From assembly GCA_964354345.1 (NCBI GenBank), contig CAYGZL010000032.1, positions 31,152 to 95,151 on the forward strand: 64,000 bases of DNA, in the 5' to 3' direction. Shown piece by piece: positions 47,754-57,947 of this stretch. This stretch comes from an uncultured Anaerolineaceae bacterium (GTDB taxonomy: Bacteria; Chloroflexota; Anaerolineae; Anaerolineales; UBA4823). The translations under genes were made by a program, and so were the position numbers. Below the pieces are notes generated by a model, which was not told where the DNA came from, ran no database searches, and worked only from the letters and a program-made list of their open reading frames with translations. Every line of letters starts with the position of its first letter. Position 1 is the stretch's first letter.

Positions 47754-49412
47754 TTGAACAAATATTTACGGATAGCGATTGTTTTTCTTTTAATAATTAC
47801 CGTGTTCACGAGCCTCCATTGGGCTGATCCAACGCCTGAGGCAATCGCCCAGGCGGTTTTGAATGATTGGGAACCGGTCGCTGAAGGGATTAATTACCAG
47901 GAGTTCTTCCTGCCAGATTATCCTAACCATGTATATGTGACCCGCCTGGACCGCCATAATCCAAATGTCACACTGGAAAGCGCCATCGCACAAGGCCGGC
48001 TCTCCGGTGGTCTGGAAACTGTCAGTGGGATGTCCGCCCGCTATGATCAGGCCTTGAATACCTGGGGGGAAGCTGTGATTCCTCACGATAACACCGCCTG
48101 GGGTTCTCGCAATCAGGTAGTTGTTGCGATTAACGGATATTTCTTCGATTACGGAACTGGTATTCCCTGGCGCGGGCAGGTTTATTCAGGTTGGTACGCC
48201 AAACGTTTCGACGATCTTGAGAACGGTAGTGGTTTTGCCTGGACCCTGGAAAGGGATGCATTTATCGGCGAATGTGTTAAGCATGTACAAAGTAAACAGG
48301 TGGTCAAGTTCCTCGAAACTAGTAACAGCCTGGAGATCACGGATATTAACCGCAGTCGCCAATCGGACGAACTGATCCTCTATACACCCCAGTATGATGC
48401 AACCACCCTGACCGATAATTCGGGGACAGAAGTGCTGGTGGAGATGAGCCGCCCAACGTTGATCCTACCGCTGCCTAATGGAGTCAGTGGTCAGATCGTC
48501 GAAGTTCGCGTGAATAAAGGCTCCACCCCAATTCCATTTGACCATATTGTGTTATCGGGCAAAGGTAAAACGGCCAATCAATTGAAAAACAACGCACATG
48601 GCGGAGAAACTATCCTCATCTCGCAAGAAATTAAACACTATCAATCCAATTGTTCCACACCATTATCGCTCGACTGGACTAAAACTTTTGCCAGTATTGG
48701 TGGCAGCTTTTATTTTCTTAGAGATAGCGAAATCCAATCCTTTAGCGATGAAGGCGCGAATATCCGCAACCCGCGCACAGCCATTGCGTTCAACCAGGAT
48801 TACATCTTTTTTGTCGTGGTGGATGGCCGCGATCGGCTAAACAGTGTGGGTATGAATATGTATGAATTAGGCCTTTTCACTCGCGACACACTTGGCGCCA
48901 GTTACGGTATCAACCAGGATGGCGGCGGCTCCTCCACCATGGTAGTGAATGGTGAAGTGAAGAACAACCCAAACGCCGACCTGATTGTCTATGAAACCTA
49001 CCTGCCGATTATCCAACAGGCGAATACCCTCGGGCTCCAGCACTTTGACCTGGCGTCCAGTCAGTCAGAAGTCGCTTCTCTCTACCGCCGGCTGGAGACA
49101 GCCAAAAAAGAGCGCGCGGTAGCCAATGGTATGTTGATGGTTGTAGTTCTACCGAAAGAACAAACTTCAACATTCCGGGTTGGAGAAGCAGTCGTGGTTG
49201 TTGGTATGAATAAAACTGCCGTTCGTTTGGGTCCGGGTTTGAATTATTCAGTCTTGGCCTGGATCAATCCAGGATCGCCAGGCCAGATTATCGACCATGC
49301 CAATAGATTGAATGGCGTTCTGGCAAAAGACAATTACTGGTGGCGGGTTAAACTTAGCAATGTCACAGGTTGGGTAGCGGAACCTGCGCTCAATTCTGCA
49401 GGCCAACCTTAA
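47754..49412 (+). CDS. Phosphodiester glycosidase-family (DUF2233/NAGPA-like) protein with a C-terminal SH3b domain
   Basis: RTAIAFNQDYIFFVVVDGR and INQDGGGSSTMVVNG are typical of DUF2233. The C-terminus is SH3-like (VRLGPGLNYSVLAWINPG...YWWRVKL). TTG 47754 follows AAGGAAAG. The track start ATG 47721 overlaps the previous gene. Confidence 0.7.
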   Translation: MNKYLRIAIVFLLIITVFTSLHWADPTPEAIAQAVLNDWEPVAEGINYQEFFLPDYPNHVYVTRLDRHNPNVTLESAIAQGRLSGGLETVSGMSARYDQALNTWGEAVIPHDNTAWGSRNQVVVAINGYFFDYGTGIPWRGQVYSGWYAKRFDDLENGSGFAWTLERDAFIGECVKHVQSKQVVKFLETSNSLEITDINRSRQSDELILYTPQYDATTLTDNSGTEVLVEMSRPTLILPLPNGVSGQIVEVRVNKGSTPIPFDHIVLSGKGKTANQLKNNAHGGETILISQEIKHYQSNCSTPLSLDWTKTFASIGGSFYFLRDSEIQSFSDEGANIRNPRTAIAFNQDYIFFVVVDGRDRLNSVGMNMYELGLFTRDTLGASYGINQDGGGSSTMVVNGEVKNNPNADLIVYETYLPIIQQANTLGLQHFDLASSQSEVASLYRRLETAKKERAVANGMLMVVVLPKEQTSTFRVGEAVVVVGMNKTAVRLGPGLNYSVLAWINPGSPGQIIDHANRLNGVLAKDNYWWRVKLSNVTGWVAEPALNSAGQP

Positions 49413-49422
49413 TTAGTGAAAG

Positions 49423-50013
49423 TTATGGTTCAGCCGCGGCAGCGCTTGGTTGATTGAGAATTTGCCAATGCTTTACCGGTAGGTAAACAGCCTCGGCTTT
49501 ACCGATAACGTAATAGTACGGCACCATCCCCCAGCTATGTGAATCCGAGGAGCTGTTCCGGTTATCACCCAGAACAAACAATGCGTTCTGCGGCACCCGC
49601 CAGGTACCGGAATAAGCTGGCGCAGCCTTGAGATAAGTTTCATGTAGCGGAGCCCCGTTGATATAAACCACACCCCCTGTAATGTTCACCTCATCACCGG
49701 GTAATCCGATCACCCGTTTGATATAAGGTTCACCCTCTGGATTGCGCGGATAACGGAAGACCACGATATCACCGCGTTTTGGCGAACCCAATTGATAAGC
49801 AACTTTGTTAACAAAAACAAAATCGTTTTCATACAAGGTTGGCTGCATACTGATCGATTCGACCCGAATACGCGCCGACACCGCATTAATTCCTAGAAAA
49901 AGCACCAACGACAAAATCACCGTTTCCAGTAGCTCCAGAAAAAACCTGCCTCTCCACAGGTGGTCAGAGCGTTCAAGCGGATCGGGATAGATTTCTGTGA
50001 AGAATGACTCCAT
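49423..50013 (-). CDS. lepB: Signal peptidase I
   Basis: SMQPTL (catalytic Ser), IKRVIGLPGD (Lys), GDNRNSSSDSHSWG. Confidence 0.92.
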   Translation of the reverse strand: MESFFTEIYPDPLERSDHLWRGRFFLELLETVILSLVLFLGINAVSARIRVESISMQPTLYENDFVFVNKVAYQLGSPKRGDIVVFRYPRNPEGEPYIKRVIGLPGDEVNITGGVVYINGAPLHETYLKAAPAYSGTWRVPQNALFVLGDNRNSSSDSHSWGMVPYYYVIGKAEAVYLPVKHWQILNQPSAAAAEP

Positions 50014-50067
50014 AAAGTTACCCGGGGTTAATTTTATCTCGGTCAGGATAAAAACGATCCACGCGGT

Positions 50068-50577
50068 TTATGTACCTGACGCATGTCCAGCTTCTGCTGC
50101 TGGATCATCCCGCAACAATTGTACCGCGTGGAGGATCACCGGCAGGACAACCCTCAGGTTTTCGACCGCGCCTTTGGGACTGCCTGGTAAATTAATAATT
50201 AGTGTTCGCCCACGTATGCCAGCCACTGCCCGCGAAAGCATGGCGTGCGGGGTCACGCGTAAACTGGAGGCGCGCATCGTTTCCGCCAATCCTGGCGCCT
50301 GGCGTGCCAGCACTGCCAGGGTTGCTTCAGGGGTGACATCCCGCTGACTAAAACCAGTTCCACCAGTTGTCAGGATAACATCGATTTTTTCAGTATCACA
50401 CCAATGGATCAATATCTCCTGGATGAGTTGCATCTCATCGGCAACGATTGCAGTGAGGACCACCTGCCAACTTTGTCCCGTCACAATTTCGACCAATGCC
50501 GGCCCCGCAATATCCGGGCGTTCACCCTTAGATGAGCGATCCGATACAGTCAGGATGGCAACTCGCACCTCCGACAT
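50068..50577 (-). CDS. mogA: Molybdenum cofactor biosynthesis protein MogA/MoaB (MPT adenylyltransferase)
   Basis: VAILTVSDR..., ILTTGGTGFSQRDVTPEA, INLPGSPKG. Confidence 0.88.
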   Translation of the reverse strand: MSEVRVAILTVSDRSSKGERPDIAGPALVEIVTGQSWQVVLTAIVADEMQLIQEILIHWCDTEKIDVILTTGGTGFSQRDVTPEATLAVLARQAPGLAETMRASSLRVTPHAMLSRAVAGIRGRTLIINLPGSPKGAVENLRVVLPVILHAVQLLRDDPAAEAGHASGT

Positions 50578-50587
50578 GCCTCAGACC

Positions 50588-51034
50588 TCAATCCAGGTCT
50601 TTCCCATATGCATATAAATCCATCCGTTTCCAATCCTGCGTTTCATAAAAATGGATAGCGGATTGATTGTCTTTGGTCACCAGTAAATAACAACGGATGC
50701 ATCCCTTGCCACGGAAACGGTTCTCTAACTCTGCCATTAAAGCTGCGCCTATGCCCTGCTGGCGATATGCGCGGGCGACCGCCAGGTGGTAAACCATGCC
50801 GCGCCGACCATCGAAACCGCCTAAGACTGTCCCAATAATTTGACCTTCTCTCGCTGCCAGCAAAAATAAATCCGGATCACGGAGCAATTTCATTTTTATC
50901 TCTTCTGGTTCATCTGACCGGCGAAGATGGATTCCCGCACCAACATGCTGCCAGAAGTCATACACAGCCGGATAATCTTGTGGGTATAGAAAATCCCGGA
51001 TCGAATAGGTGTGAACCAGCAAGTTACTCATCAT
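50588..51034 (-). CDS. GNAT-family N-acetyltransferase
   Basis: Acetyl-CoA site YRQQGIGAALMAELE. The start ATGATG at 51034/51031 overlaps the last codons of the upstream gene. Confidence 0.85.
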   Translation of the reverse strand: MMSNLLVHTYSIRDFLYPQDYPAVYDFWQHVGAGIHLRRSDEPEEIKMKLLRDPDLFLLAAREGQIIGTVLGGFDGRRGMVYHLAVARAYRQQGIGAALMAELENRFRGKGCIRCYLLVTKDNQSAIHFYETQDWKRMDLYAYGKDLD

Positions 51035-52772
51035 CCTGCCCAACAACCTGTCGCCAAGGGCCATGGACACCGTCATCTGTCACACCAAAGTAATACCGGA
51101 AACCCTGTTTCGTGCGTTGCACCAGATCATAGCGGATGCTTTTTCCTTGTTTATAGCTCCGCACCATGCCTAAGTCTCCCCGCCATTGTACTCCCACTGG
51201 TGAGAGATCGGCCGCATCCGTGTAAGTTGTCACCGCATAATGCCACAGGCGGCGCGCTGACTTGCGTGTCACGTTCTTGACAATATTACCGTTACGTAAA
51301 TCCCGCATCTCATAATAGCGTGTTCCGTCGCGCTCTTCCACAGAAACTACTTCCACGCCTGTGCGCGGGGCGGCATCAAATTCTTCCGCAGCGACCAGTG
51401 TTTCAGAAGTAACCTGTTGAACCACTTCAGGCAAAACTATCTCGGGCACCTCGGCGGAGACAGTGCGACGACCTTGACTGCGTAATACCAGACCAACAAT
51501 CTCATCCCGCACTGCTAATTCAGTCTCAGCCTCTGAACGCACATAAATTTTATTATCATCCACTGCATAAGGCGGGTCGTCTCCGCGCGGGATCAACACC
51601 CGGATGACCTTTTTACCACCGGCTTCATGGACATCCAGCGCACAATGGAGTAAAGGGCTGATCCGATTGTTAATTTCTTTCTCCAACAACGCCACCGCCT
51701 GCTCTGGATCTGACACGCCCACCACGGGCTTCTTTGGATCAGCGCTCAGGCCCAGGTAAAGCGTGCCGCCATTGGTATTGGCGAACGCACACACGTCGGC
51801 GATGATAGCATAACGTTTACCACCTCTCACGCTGATAGCATCATGGAAATCCTGGACGATATTCGCGCCCTCTTCCTGGGCAGCGCGAATAAAATCATAG
51901 GCTGGCTCGGCGGTGAAACGGTGTGGTCGGGCACGCGCGAAGTCATTGCTCTGAAACAATTCATGCAACGCCTCAAAACTCACCTCAGGCAGTAAGACAT
52001 CCGTCGCGCGATCTCCCACGCCAAGATTCTTCTTACGCACCGGGTCAGTTGTCAAACGATGAGCGTCGGACCCCTGAACGCAATGCATCCGTCGTGGATA
52101 TTCTGGTTTAGTGCCATTAAAAAACGCTGCCGTAGTGCGACTACCGCGCAATTCCAAATCTGTCACCTCCAGAACGTGCAAATGCGGATCCTGGGTATAA
52201 GCAATCTTGGTCTGACCGCCGAATACGAAGCCACGCATGGCGACACCATTACTCGAATTCGCATGTGCAGCAATCACCAATCCGCCTGCCTCATCAATCA
52301 AACGATAAGCAGTCAGGACATCACTCGTGGCGCCAACAGTTGCGGAGCCTAAATCCAACTGGTCAGAAGGTATTTTTAAATCCAACAAGAGATGCTCAAT
52401 CTCGCGGATCGGCTTTTCAGGCGGAAATATACCCAGGATATGAAATCCGAAGGTTGCAGTGAACTCAAAACCGGGCAACACCAGGATTTTTTCGGTCAGA
52501 CGGCGGTAATCAGCCAGGCGCGCTTGCTCATCGGGCAGTAAGCGTTTCAACCTTTCCAATAATTCCAGTTGTTCGATCTCTTCTTGCATCCGGCGGTAAC
52601 CCGCCACTGTGTTGTGATCGGTGAAGGCGATTATATCCAGCCCACGCGCTTCAGCGCGGTGCAAAATATCTAATAAATTCGTTTCAGGTTGTTGATAGTC
52701 ATTCGAAGCGGGTGTGTGTAGATGAAAATCCATCGCACACCATTGCATCGTACCTCGTCTTTTTTTTGCCAC
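51024..52772 (-). CDS. PHP-domain phosphoesterase fused to an AlbA_2 (Schlafen-like, putative DNA-binding) domain and an unknown C-terminal domain
   Basis: PHP motifs [35 protein letters not shown]. AlbA_2-like segment [25 protein letters not shown] ~130-aa beta-rich tail. GTG 52772 is 1 nt from the lon stop. Alternative starts ATG 52748 and 52733. Confidence 0.75.
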   Translation of the reverse strand: MAKKRRGTMQWCAMDFHLHTPASNDYQQPETNLLDILHRAEARGLDIIAFTDHNTVAGYRRMQEEIEQLELLERLKRLLPDEQARLADYRRLTEKILVLPGFEFTATFGFHILGIFPPEKPIREIEHLLLDLKIPSDQLDLGSATVGATSDVLTAYRLIDEAGGLVIAAHANSSNGVAMRGFVFGGQTKIAYTQDPHLHVLEVTDLELRGSRTTAAFFNGTKPEYPRRMHCVQGSDAHRLTTDPVRKKNLGVGDRATDVLLPEVSFEALHELFQSNDFARARPHRFTAEPAYDFIRAAQEEGANIVQDFHDAISVRGGKRYAIIADVCAFANTNGGTLYLGLSADPKKPVVGVSDPEQAVALLEKEINNRISPLLHCALDVHEAGGKKVIRVLIPRGDDPPYAVDDNKIYVRSEAETELAVRDEIVGLVLRSQGRRTVSAEVPEIVLPEVVQQVTSETLVAAEEFDAAPRTGVEVVSVEERDGTRYYEMRDLRNGNIVKNVTRKSARRLWHYAVTTYTDAADLSPVGVQWRGDLGMVRSYKQGKSIRYDLVQRTKQGFRYYFGVTDDGVHGPWRQVVGQDDE

Positions 52773-52773
52773 T

Positions 52774-55356
52774 TTACACTCTATCCCCAGACTCCACCCC
52801 GGAACCGACAGACATAATCAAAGCCGGCTCCAGGGCAGCATTCAAAACATCATCAACTGTTTCAGCAAATATAAAATTCATTTGCTCGCGAACTTCTTGC
52901 GGCAAATCTTCCAGATCAGCCTGGTTGCGCGCCGGCAGGATGACTGTCTTTAAGGCAAAGCGATGAGCCGCCAAAACCTTTTCCTTAACACCCCCTACCG
53001 GCAATACCTGACCGCGCAAAGTTATCTCACCCGTCATTCCGATCTCGGGGTGCACCGGTCTGCCGGAAATAAGAGATACAAGAGCCGTAGCCATCGTCAC
53101 TCCGGCTGAGGGACCATCCTTGGGTGTAGCTCCAGCTGGGATGTGGAGGTGGATATCTGTCTTCTCAAAGAAATCAGGCAGCAAGCCAAGCTGTTCTGCC
53201 TTCGCCCGAACAAATGACAATGCAGCATGCGCCGATTCCTGCATCACATTACCGACTGAGCCAGTTACCTGGAACCCCTTACCACCGGGCATCCGGGTGG
53301 CTTCGATGAAAAGCACATCACCCCCAGCGGAGGTGTAAGCGAGTCCTGTAGCCACTCCCGGTACTCGAGTACGTTGGCTGATTTCCTCATCGAAGAAATG
53401 CGGTCGTCCAAGAAATTCGGTTGCCTTTTCAGGAGTCACTTCAACCCCTTCTTCCTTGCCTTCAGCCACTTGTGTGACGATCTTACGGCATACCGAACCG
53501 ATTTCCCGCTCCAAATTTCGCACACCAGCTTCTCGTGTATAGAAACGGATGATCCGCTGTAATGCCGAATCGCTAAACGTAACTTCTCCCACCCGTAGAC
53601 CATTCTCCTGGAGTTGTCGCGGAATTAAATAACCTTTAGCGATAGCAATTTTTTCGCCATCGGTATAACCCGAAAGGGCAATTATTTCCATGCGATCGCG
53701 TAACGGCGCCGGAATCGGCTCCAGCAAATTGGCTGTGGTTATAAACATCACTTGCGACAGATCAAAAGCTACCTCGAGATAATGGTCGCGGAACTCGACA
53801 TTTTGTTCTGGATCCAGCACCTCAAGTAAAGCAGAGGCTGGATCACCGTGAAAGTCAAATACCAGCTTATCCACCTCATCGAGCATAAAGACTGGGTTAT
53901 GCGACTCGGTCCGCCTTAGCGCTTGCAAGATGCGACCTGGCATGGCACCAATATATGTCCGACGATGGCCGCGGATTTCCGCTTCATCACGCATTCCACC
54001 CAAAGAAATGCGGACGAATTTACGTCCCATCGCTCGGGCGATCGAACGTCCCAATGAGGTTTTTCCAACCCCGGGCGGTCCAACAAAACAAAGGATCGCT
54101 CCTTCGCGAATACGATGGATATCATCCTGGGCTAACTGGCTCAACTCTTCATGACGGTCATGGCGCAGTTTCCGTACCGCCAAAAATTCAATGATCCGCT
54201 CCTTAACATCCTGTAAGCCATAATGATCCTGATCCAGCACCTGCCGGGCATGCGCGATATCCAGGTTATCAGGTGTTATCAGGGACCAGGGAAGAGCAAC
54301 CAACCAATCCAGATAGGTACGAATAACGCCATATTCAGCAGAGGCGGTAGGCAGGCGGCTTAATCGTTCCAACTCCCGCCGCGCTTGCTTATCTGCTTCA
54401 TCTGACAATCCTGCGGCGTCGATTCTTTTACGAAACTCTTCAATTTCAGCGGCTTGTTCATCGGCTTCACCGAGCTCACGCTGGATGGCTTTTAGCTGTT
54501 CGCGCAAGAAATATTCGCGCTGTACCTTCTCGATTTCCGAGCGCGCCTCATTCTGAATTTTCTGACCTATCTCTAAAACCTCAGCTTCATGAGCCAGGAT
54601 ACTCACCAGCATATGCAGCTTACGAGATGTGGAATCTACATCAAGCAGTTCTTGGGCGTCCTTCAATTCCATGCGTTGGAAGTTGGCGATCGTGTAAACA
54701 ATTTGAAGGGGATCCTCTAACGAAACTACCGAAGAAACCAGTTCACGGGGAATGGATGGAATCATCTCCGCGATATGTTCAAACTGATCACGAGCATTGC
54801 GCGCCATGGCCTCAAGTTCAAGTCCGCTTTCAACAATCTCTGGATGTAGGATAACTTCAGCCTTGAGGTAAGGATCTACTTGTAAGAATCTCCCTAAACG
54901 AAAGCGCGCCAATCCCTGAATTACCAGGCGGATCGTCCCATCGGGAGCGCGGAACTGGCGGTGCACCATCGCTACAGTCCCGATTGGATATAAATCTTCT
55001 GGAGAAGGTGATTCCAACTCGGGATTTCGCGAGGCAACCAGGCCGATCAAGCGTTCATCACCTGACATGACATCATCCACCAGACGCACTGACCGTGATT
55101 GACCAATGGTCAAAGGTACTACCGTTTGTGGATAAACAACCAGGCCACGCAGAGGCAAAATTGGTAATACTGCAGGGATTTGCCCTTCATCGACAGTTTT
55201 TTGGGCTTCCTCTGCCTCCGAATGACGCCCTTCCCCATCGGTTTGAGGAACCATGGCTCTCAAAAATAATCCCTCATCATTGGCTTCACCCTCAGGAAAA
55301 AGCCAACTGAACATCTCAAGTATATCTGTAATCCATCGCGAGGCTGGCATGGACAC
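52774..55356 (-). CDS. lon: ATP-dependent Lon protease (LonA)
   Basis: LON N-domain ([19 protein letters not shown]), Walker [10 protein letters not shown], Walker B FMLDEVDK, protease site [14 protein letters not shown] start after GGGAAG. Confidence 0.96.
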   Translation of the reverse strand: MSMPASRWITDILEMFSWLFPEGEANDEGLFLRAMVPQTDGEGRHSEAEEAQKTVDEGQIPAVLPILPLRGLVVYPQTVVPLTIGQSRSVRLVDDVMSGDERLIGLVASRNPELESPSPEDLYPIGTVAMVHRQFRAPDGTIRLVIQGLARFRLGRFLQVDPYLKAEVILHPEIVESGLELEAMARNARDQFEHIAEMIPSIPRELVSSVVSLEDPLQIVYTIANFQRMELKDAQELLDVDSTSRKLHMLVSILAHEAEVLEIGQKIQNEARSEIEKVQREYFLREQLKAIQRELGEADEQAAEIEEFRKRIDAAGLSDEADKQARRELERLSRLPTASAEYGVIRTYLDWLVALPWSLITPDNLDIAHARQVLDQDHYGLQDVKERIIEFLAVRKLRHDRHEELSQLAQDDIHRIREGAILCFVGPPGVGKTSLGRSIARAMGRKFVRISLGGMRDEAEIRGHRRTYIGAMPGRILQALRRTESHNPVFMLDEVDKLVFDFHGDPASALLEVLDPEQNVEFRDHYLEVAFDLSQVMFITTANLLEPIPAPLRDRMEIIALSGYTDGEKIAIAKGYLIPRQLQENGLRVGEVTFSDSALQRIIRFYTREAGVRNLEREIGSVCRKIVTQVAEGKEEGVEVTPEKATEFLGRPHFFDEEISQRTRVPGVATGLAYTSAGGDVLFIEATRMPGGKGFQVTGSVGNVMQESAHAALSFVRAKAEQLGLLPDFFEKTDIHLHIPAGATPKDGPSAGVTMATALVSLISGRPVHPEIGMTGEITLRGQVLPVGGVKEKVLAAHRFALKTVILPARNQADLEDLPQEVREQMNFIFAETVDDVLNAALEPALIMSVGSGVESGDRV

Positions 55357-55393
55357 TTTTCACTTCCCGTAATTGGTAATACTTTCTAACTGA

Positions 55394-55465
55394 TGCCCCT
55401 ACCAGGATTCGAACCTGGATCTACGGCTTAGAAGGCCGCAGCTTTGTCCCTTAAGCTATAGGGGC
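55394..55465 (-). tRNA. tRNA-Arg(TCT): tRNA-Arg (anticodon TCT)
   Basis: 72-nt cloverleaf. Acceptor stem GCCCCTA/TAGGGGC, D stem GCTT/AAGC, anticodon stem GCGGC/GCCGT with loop CT-TCT-AA, T arm CCAGG-TTCGAAT-CCTGG, discriminator A. CCA is not encoded. Confidence 0.92.
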
Positions 55466-55476
55466 AAGACTATTAT

Positions 55477-55911
55477 TCAATCAATGCAGGGGCGCAATCC
55501 CTTATGAACCTGCATACCCGAAAGAGTTTTCAATATGATCATCGGTGGGCGTCCCAATCGTTCAGCCAATTGATTTGGTGTAAGGGGTGCATTGCCATTT
55601 GCTAGAAAAATGCGAAACACTGCATCTACCAAAGCGGTCTGCTGTGTAATAAATCCTGACACCCTGGCACAATGGGTGATTAAGGCGTGTTGCATACCAT
55701 CAACACGTTGCACCTCAGCAGTCTGGGGGTCCACCCAATCAACTTCTCCATGTGCAGAAATATCGGCGAAACTTTTCTGGTGGTCTACACACAGATAATT
55801 CCGCAGATAAACTCGCCAATCCTGATCGTTCTTCTGCCACCAATCAAAATCGATATGGAAACAGGTATCGAGTGTCGGTTTGACCAGGTTAATGCGTTTG
55901 ATCTCAGTCAC
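55477..55911 (-). CDS. Hypothetical protein (144 aa), no recognised family
   Basis: A GTG lies 6 nt after AAGGAGG, and that SD overlaps the stop of the upstream gene. Sequence (M)TEIKRINLVKPTLDTCFHIDFDWWQKNDQDW... has an HTH-like C-terminus (LTPNQLAERLGRPPMIILKTLSG). Confidence 0.6.
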   Translation of the reverse strand: MTEIKRINLVKPTLDTCFHIDFDWWQKNDQDWRVYLRNYLCVDHQKSFADISAHGEVDWVDPQTAEVQRVDGMQHALITHCARVSGFITQQTALVDAVFRIFLANGNAPLTPNQLAERLGRPPMIILKTLSGMQVHKGLRPCID

Positions 55912-55922
55912 CAAAGCCCTCC

Positions 55923-57506
55923 TTAAAGGTTATCTACATCTTGGAGGCGATAATGCAGATCACCCACATGAACAAACCAGGATTTGGAAGCCAAAACCGT
56001 CAGGATCGGTCCTGGTGGGCAACGCCGGATGATATTGAGGGCTGCATACAACTCACTGGCATGGACATGACTTTGCGGATTCAGTTTAGCAAGTTCACGA
56101 ACCATGTGTAATACCAGCCTGTCAAAAGAGAGTTGCTCTTTCTGCATATGTGTCCAGGCCAGATCCAATGCAGAAGGATCCGGGATAGCAATCGTCATCC
56201 TTTCATCGAACGCGCCCGAAACGAGTTGCTTAAGCATAGCAAAGACAATTCCACTATCCGAACCAACCAGGACTGTCCGCACCCACTCGCGGCTTGGTCG
56301 GCGATTATCCGCTTTCAACATCACTTCACCCGGTTTTTTACTGCGACGCACCCGGATAATGCTACCCGGGATAACACCATGAGAAGCATACCATTCCTTC
56401 AGACCGAATACATAACGTTTCTCACGAACAACCCAGGCTGGAAAGTTCTGCCCAGTGTCTCCATCCACCAGCGTGAAACGGATGTGGGGTGCTTCATAGG
56501 CTGTCGGGAAGAGATGTCTGACCCGTGATGAAAGCGGCAGGGTACCCGAACGCCAATGAGGGAACAGAATGCGCAACTCGGTTTCATCAAGATTGGCTGG
56601 CTTTGATTGGACAGGCGAGAGTTCATCATCTAAATCCCTCTCCAAATTCAACATCGCACCCGTAAGTAAAGAGCGATCATACTCGATCCCTGAGAACCGG
56701 AGATAAACTGGTGGTTCAAGGACCTGGGGAGGCTCCAGGCGACGTAGGAACCACAAGGTCTTCCCTGCCGGTCCAACTTCATCAAAACGGCCATCTTCTT
56801 GCAAAGCCAGGTCCACGGAAAATTCAAGTAGCTTAGGATTTACACCTGGCGTCAACTCGATTTGTTCCAAAAGAGTTGAAGTGGGCAGTGGCCCCCCGCC
56901 CGCCATATCCAAGACTGCCTCAGCCAGATTCAAATGACCGACGTTAATGTCAATTAACAGCGCACGTGGAAACCAATTTCCCGCAATCCGCACAAAGTCT
57001 GGCTTTGCCTTCAAACCCACTTCCAAGGTTTCACTCAGGAAATCTCCGTATTCTTGTAAGACCGATTGAATATCTAACGAGGCATCATCCTCAGCGATTT
57101 TCGGTGGTTCGTTAAGGATGTGAGGTTCGATTCCAGAGGCAAGTTCATGCATCTGCCCATCTTCCAGGGATATCCGAATCACCCAGAAATCACCAAAATC
57201 CGGATTCCGACCTGGCCTCTTACCAATTACCTGCCCCTGCTTCCAACTGAAGGCAGGAAAGACCAATTTCTGCCCCGGTTCATAAATCCTACGGGGTTGA
57301 TATAAATCGCCCCGCGAAGTACGATGTTGTTCGATTGCCTGCTTTTCCTTCCGAATCCGCTCTGTCACCAAGGCTGCGACTAAATCACGCGAGGTAAGAG
57401 GGGTTTCAGCCTCTAATAAATGATTGTAAAGGAACTCGACATCTTCGTCCTGTAGCTCAAAGTTTTCCCAGTAATCTTCTTTGAGCGAAAAAGCGATCAT
57501 GACCAT
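55923..57506 (-). CDS. Hypothetical soluble protein (527 aa), no recognised family
   Basis: ATG 57506 lies 6 nt after GAGG. The track start is TTG 57518. No TM segments or catalytic motifs seen. Both termini look winged-helix-like. Confidence 0.65.
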   Translation of the reverse strand: MVMIAFSLKEDYWENFELQDEDVEFLYNHLLEAETPLTSRDLVAALVTERIRKEKQAIEQHRTSRGDLYQPRRIYEPGQKLVFPAFSWKQGQVIGKRPGRNPDFGDFWVIRISLEDGQMHELASGIEPHILNEPPKIAEDDASLDIQSVLQEYGDFLSETLEVGLKAKPDFVRIAGNWFPRALLIDINVGHLNLAEAVLDMAGGGPLPTSTLLEQIELTPGVNPKLLEFSVDLALQEDGRFDEVGPAGKTLWFLRRLEPPQVLEPPVYLRFSGIEYDRSLLTGAMLNLERDLDDELSPVQSKPANLDETELRILFPHWRSGTLPLSSRVRHLFPTAYEAPHIRFTLVDGDTGQNFPAWVVREKRYVFGLKEWYASHGVIPGSIIRVRRSKKPGEVMLKADNRRPSREWVRTVLVGSDSGIVFAMLKQLVSGAFDERMTIAIPDPSALDLAWTHMQKEQLSFDRLVLHMVRELAKLNPQSHVHASELYAALNIIRRCPPGPILTVLASKSWFVHVGDLHYRLQDVDNL

Positions 57507-57527
57507 ATACTGCCTCAAGTCTCTAAT

Positions 57528-57556
57528 TTGCCTTTTTTAACAGGTGATATTATACT
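57528..57556 (+). promoter_or_regulatory. Sigma-70-like promoter candidate for the DUF2007 gene
   Basis: TTGCCT (57528..57533), a 17-nt spacer, then TATACT (57551..57556). On the opposite strand a TATAAT overlaps at 57548..57553. Confidence 0.45.
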
Positions 57557-57617
57557 CGGCATTCAATGAAATATGCTTCTGAGTACAAATTAGCTGGTTA
57601 ATATTTGAGGAATTCAT

Positions 57618-57935
57618 ATGTCGAAGGATAAATGGATCGTCGTTGATGAAGTCGCCGGGATCTTACAAGCCAAACTCATACAAAGTTATTTTGAAGCTCA
57701 TGATATTAGCGTAGTTTTATCGCAGGAGGCGGCAGGCAGCGTATATCCAGTGACAGTCGGGAAACTGGGTGAGGTCCAAATATTTGTGCCCGCCGATGAT
57801 GCTGAACGCGCAAGAAACCTGTTGGATGATTATTATAATGGGTCGCTCGACACTGATGTAAATTTAGCGGAGAATGTAGAAAACGATCATTCGATGTTAT
57901 TGGATGATTCCCCGTCGACCAATCCAACTGACTAA
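57618..57935 (+). CDS. DUF2007-like small protein (putative signal-transducing, PII-like fold)
   Basis: WIVVDEVAGILQAKLIQSYFEAHDISVVL...IFVPADDAERARNLL pattern. Confidence 0.6.
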   Translation: MSKDKWIVVDEVAGILQAKLIQSYFEAHDISVVLSQEAAGSVYPVTVGKLGEVQIFVPADDAERARNLLDDYYNGSLDTDVNLAENVENDHSMLLDDSPSTNPTD

Positions 57936-57947
57936 TCATTGAATACC

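Noticed and set aside
51024-55356. Lon plus PHP/AlbA_2 as a BREX-like (BrxL) or other Lon-associated defence module.
   Set aside because: This Lon is a full-length LonA with the N-domain, AAA+ module and PKDGPSAG protease site. It sits beside mogA and lepB, and no methyltransferase, PglZ or other BREX parts are present. The PHP fusion is reported on its own merits only.
55357-55476. tRNA-Arg(TCT) as a possible genomic-island integration site.
   Set aside because: There is no integrase, excisionase or phage gene on either side. The flanking genes are lon (housekeeping) and a conserved-looking pair. By eye I found no direct repeat of the tRNA 3' end, although I did not search exhaustively.
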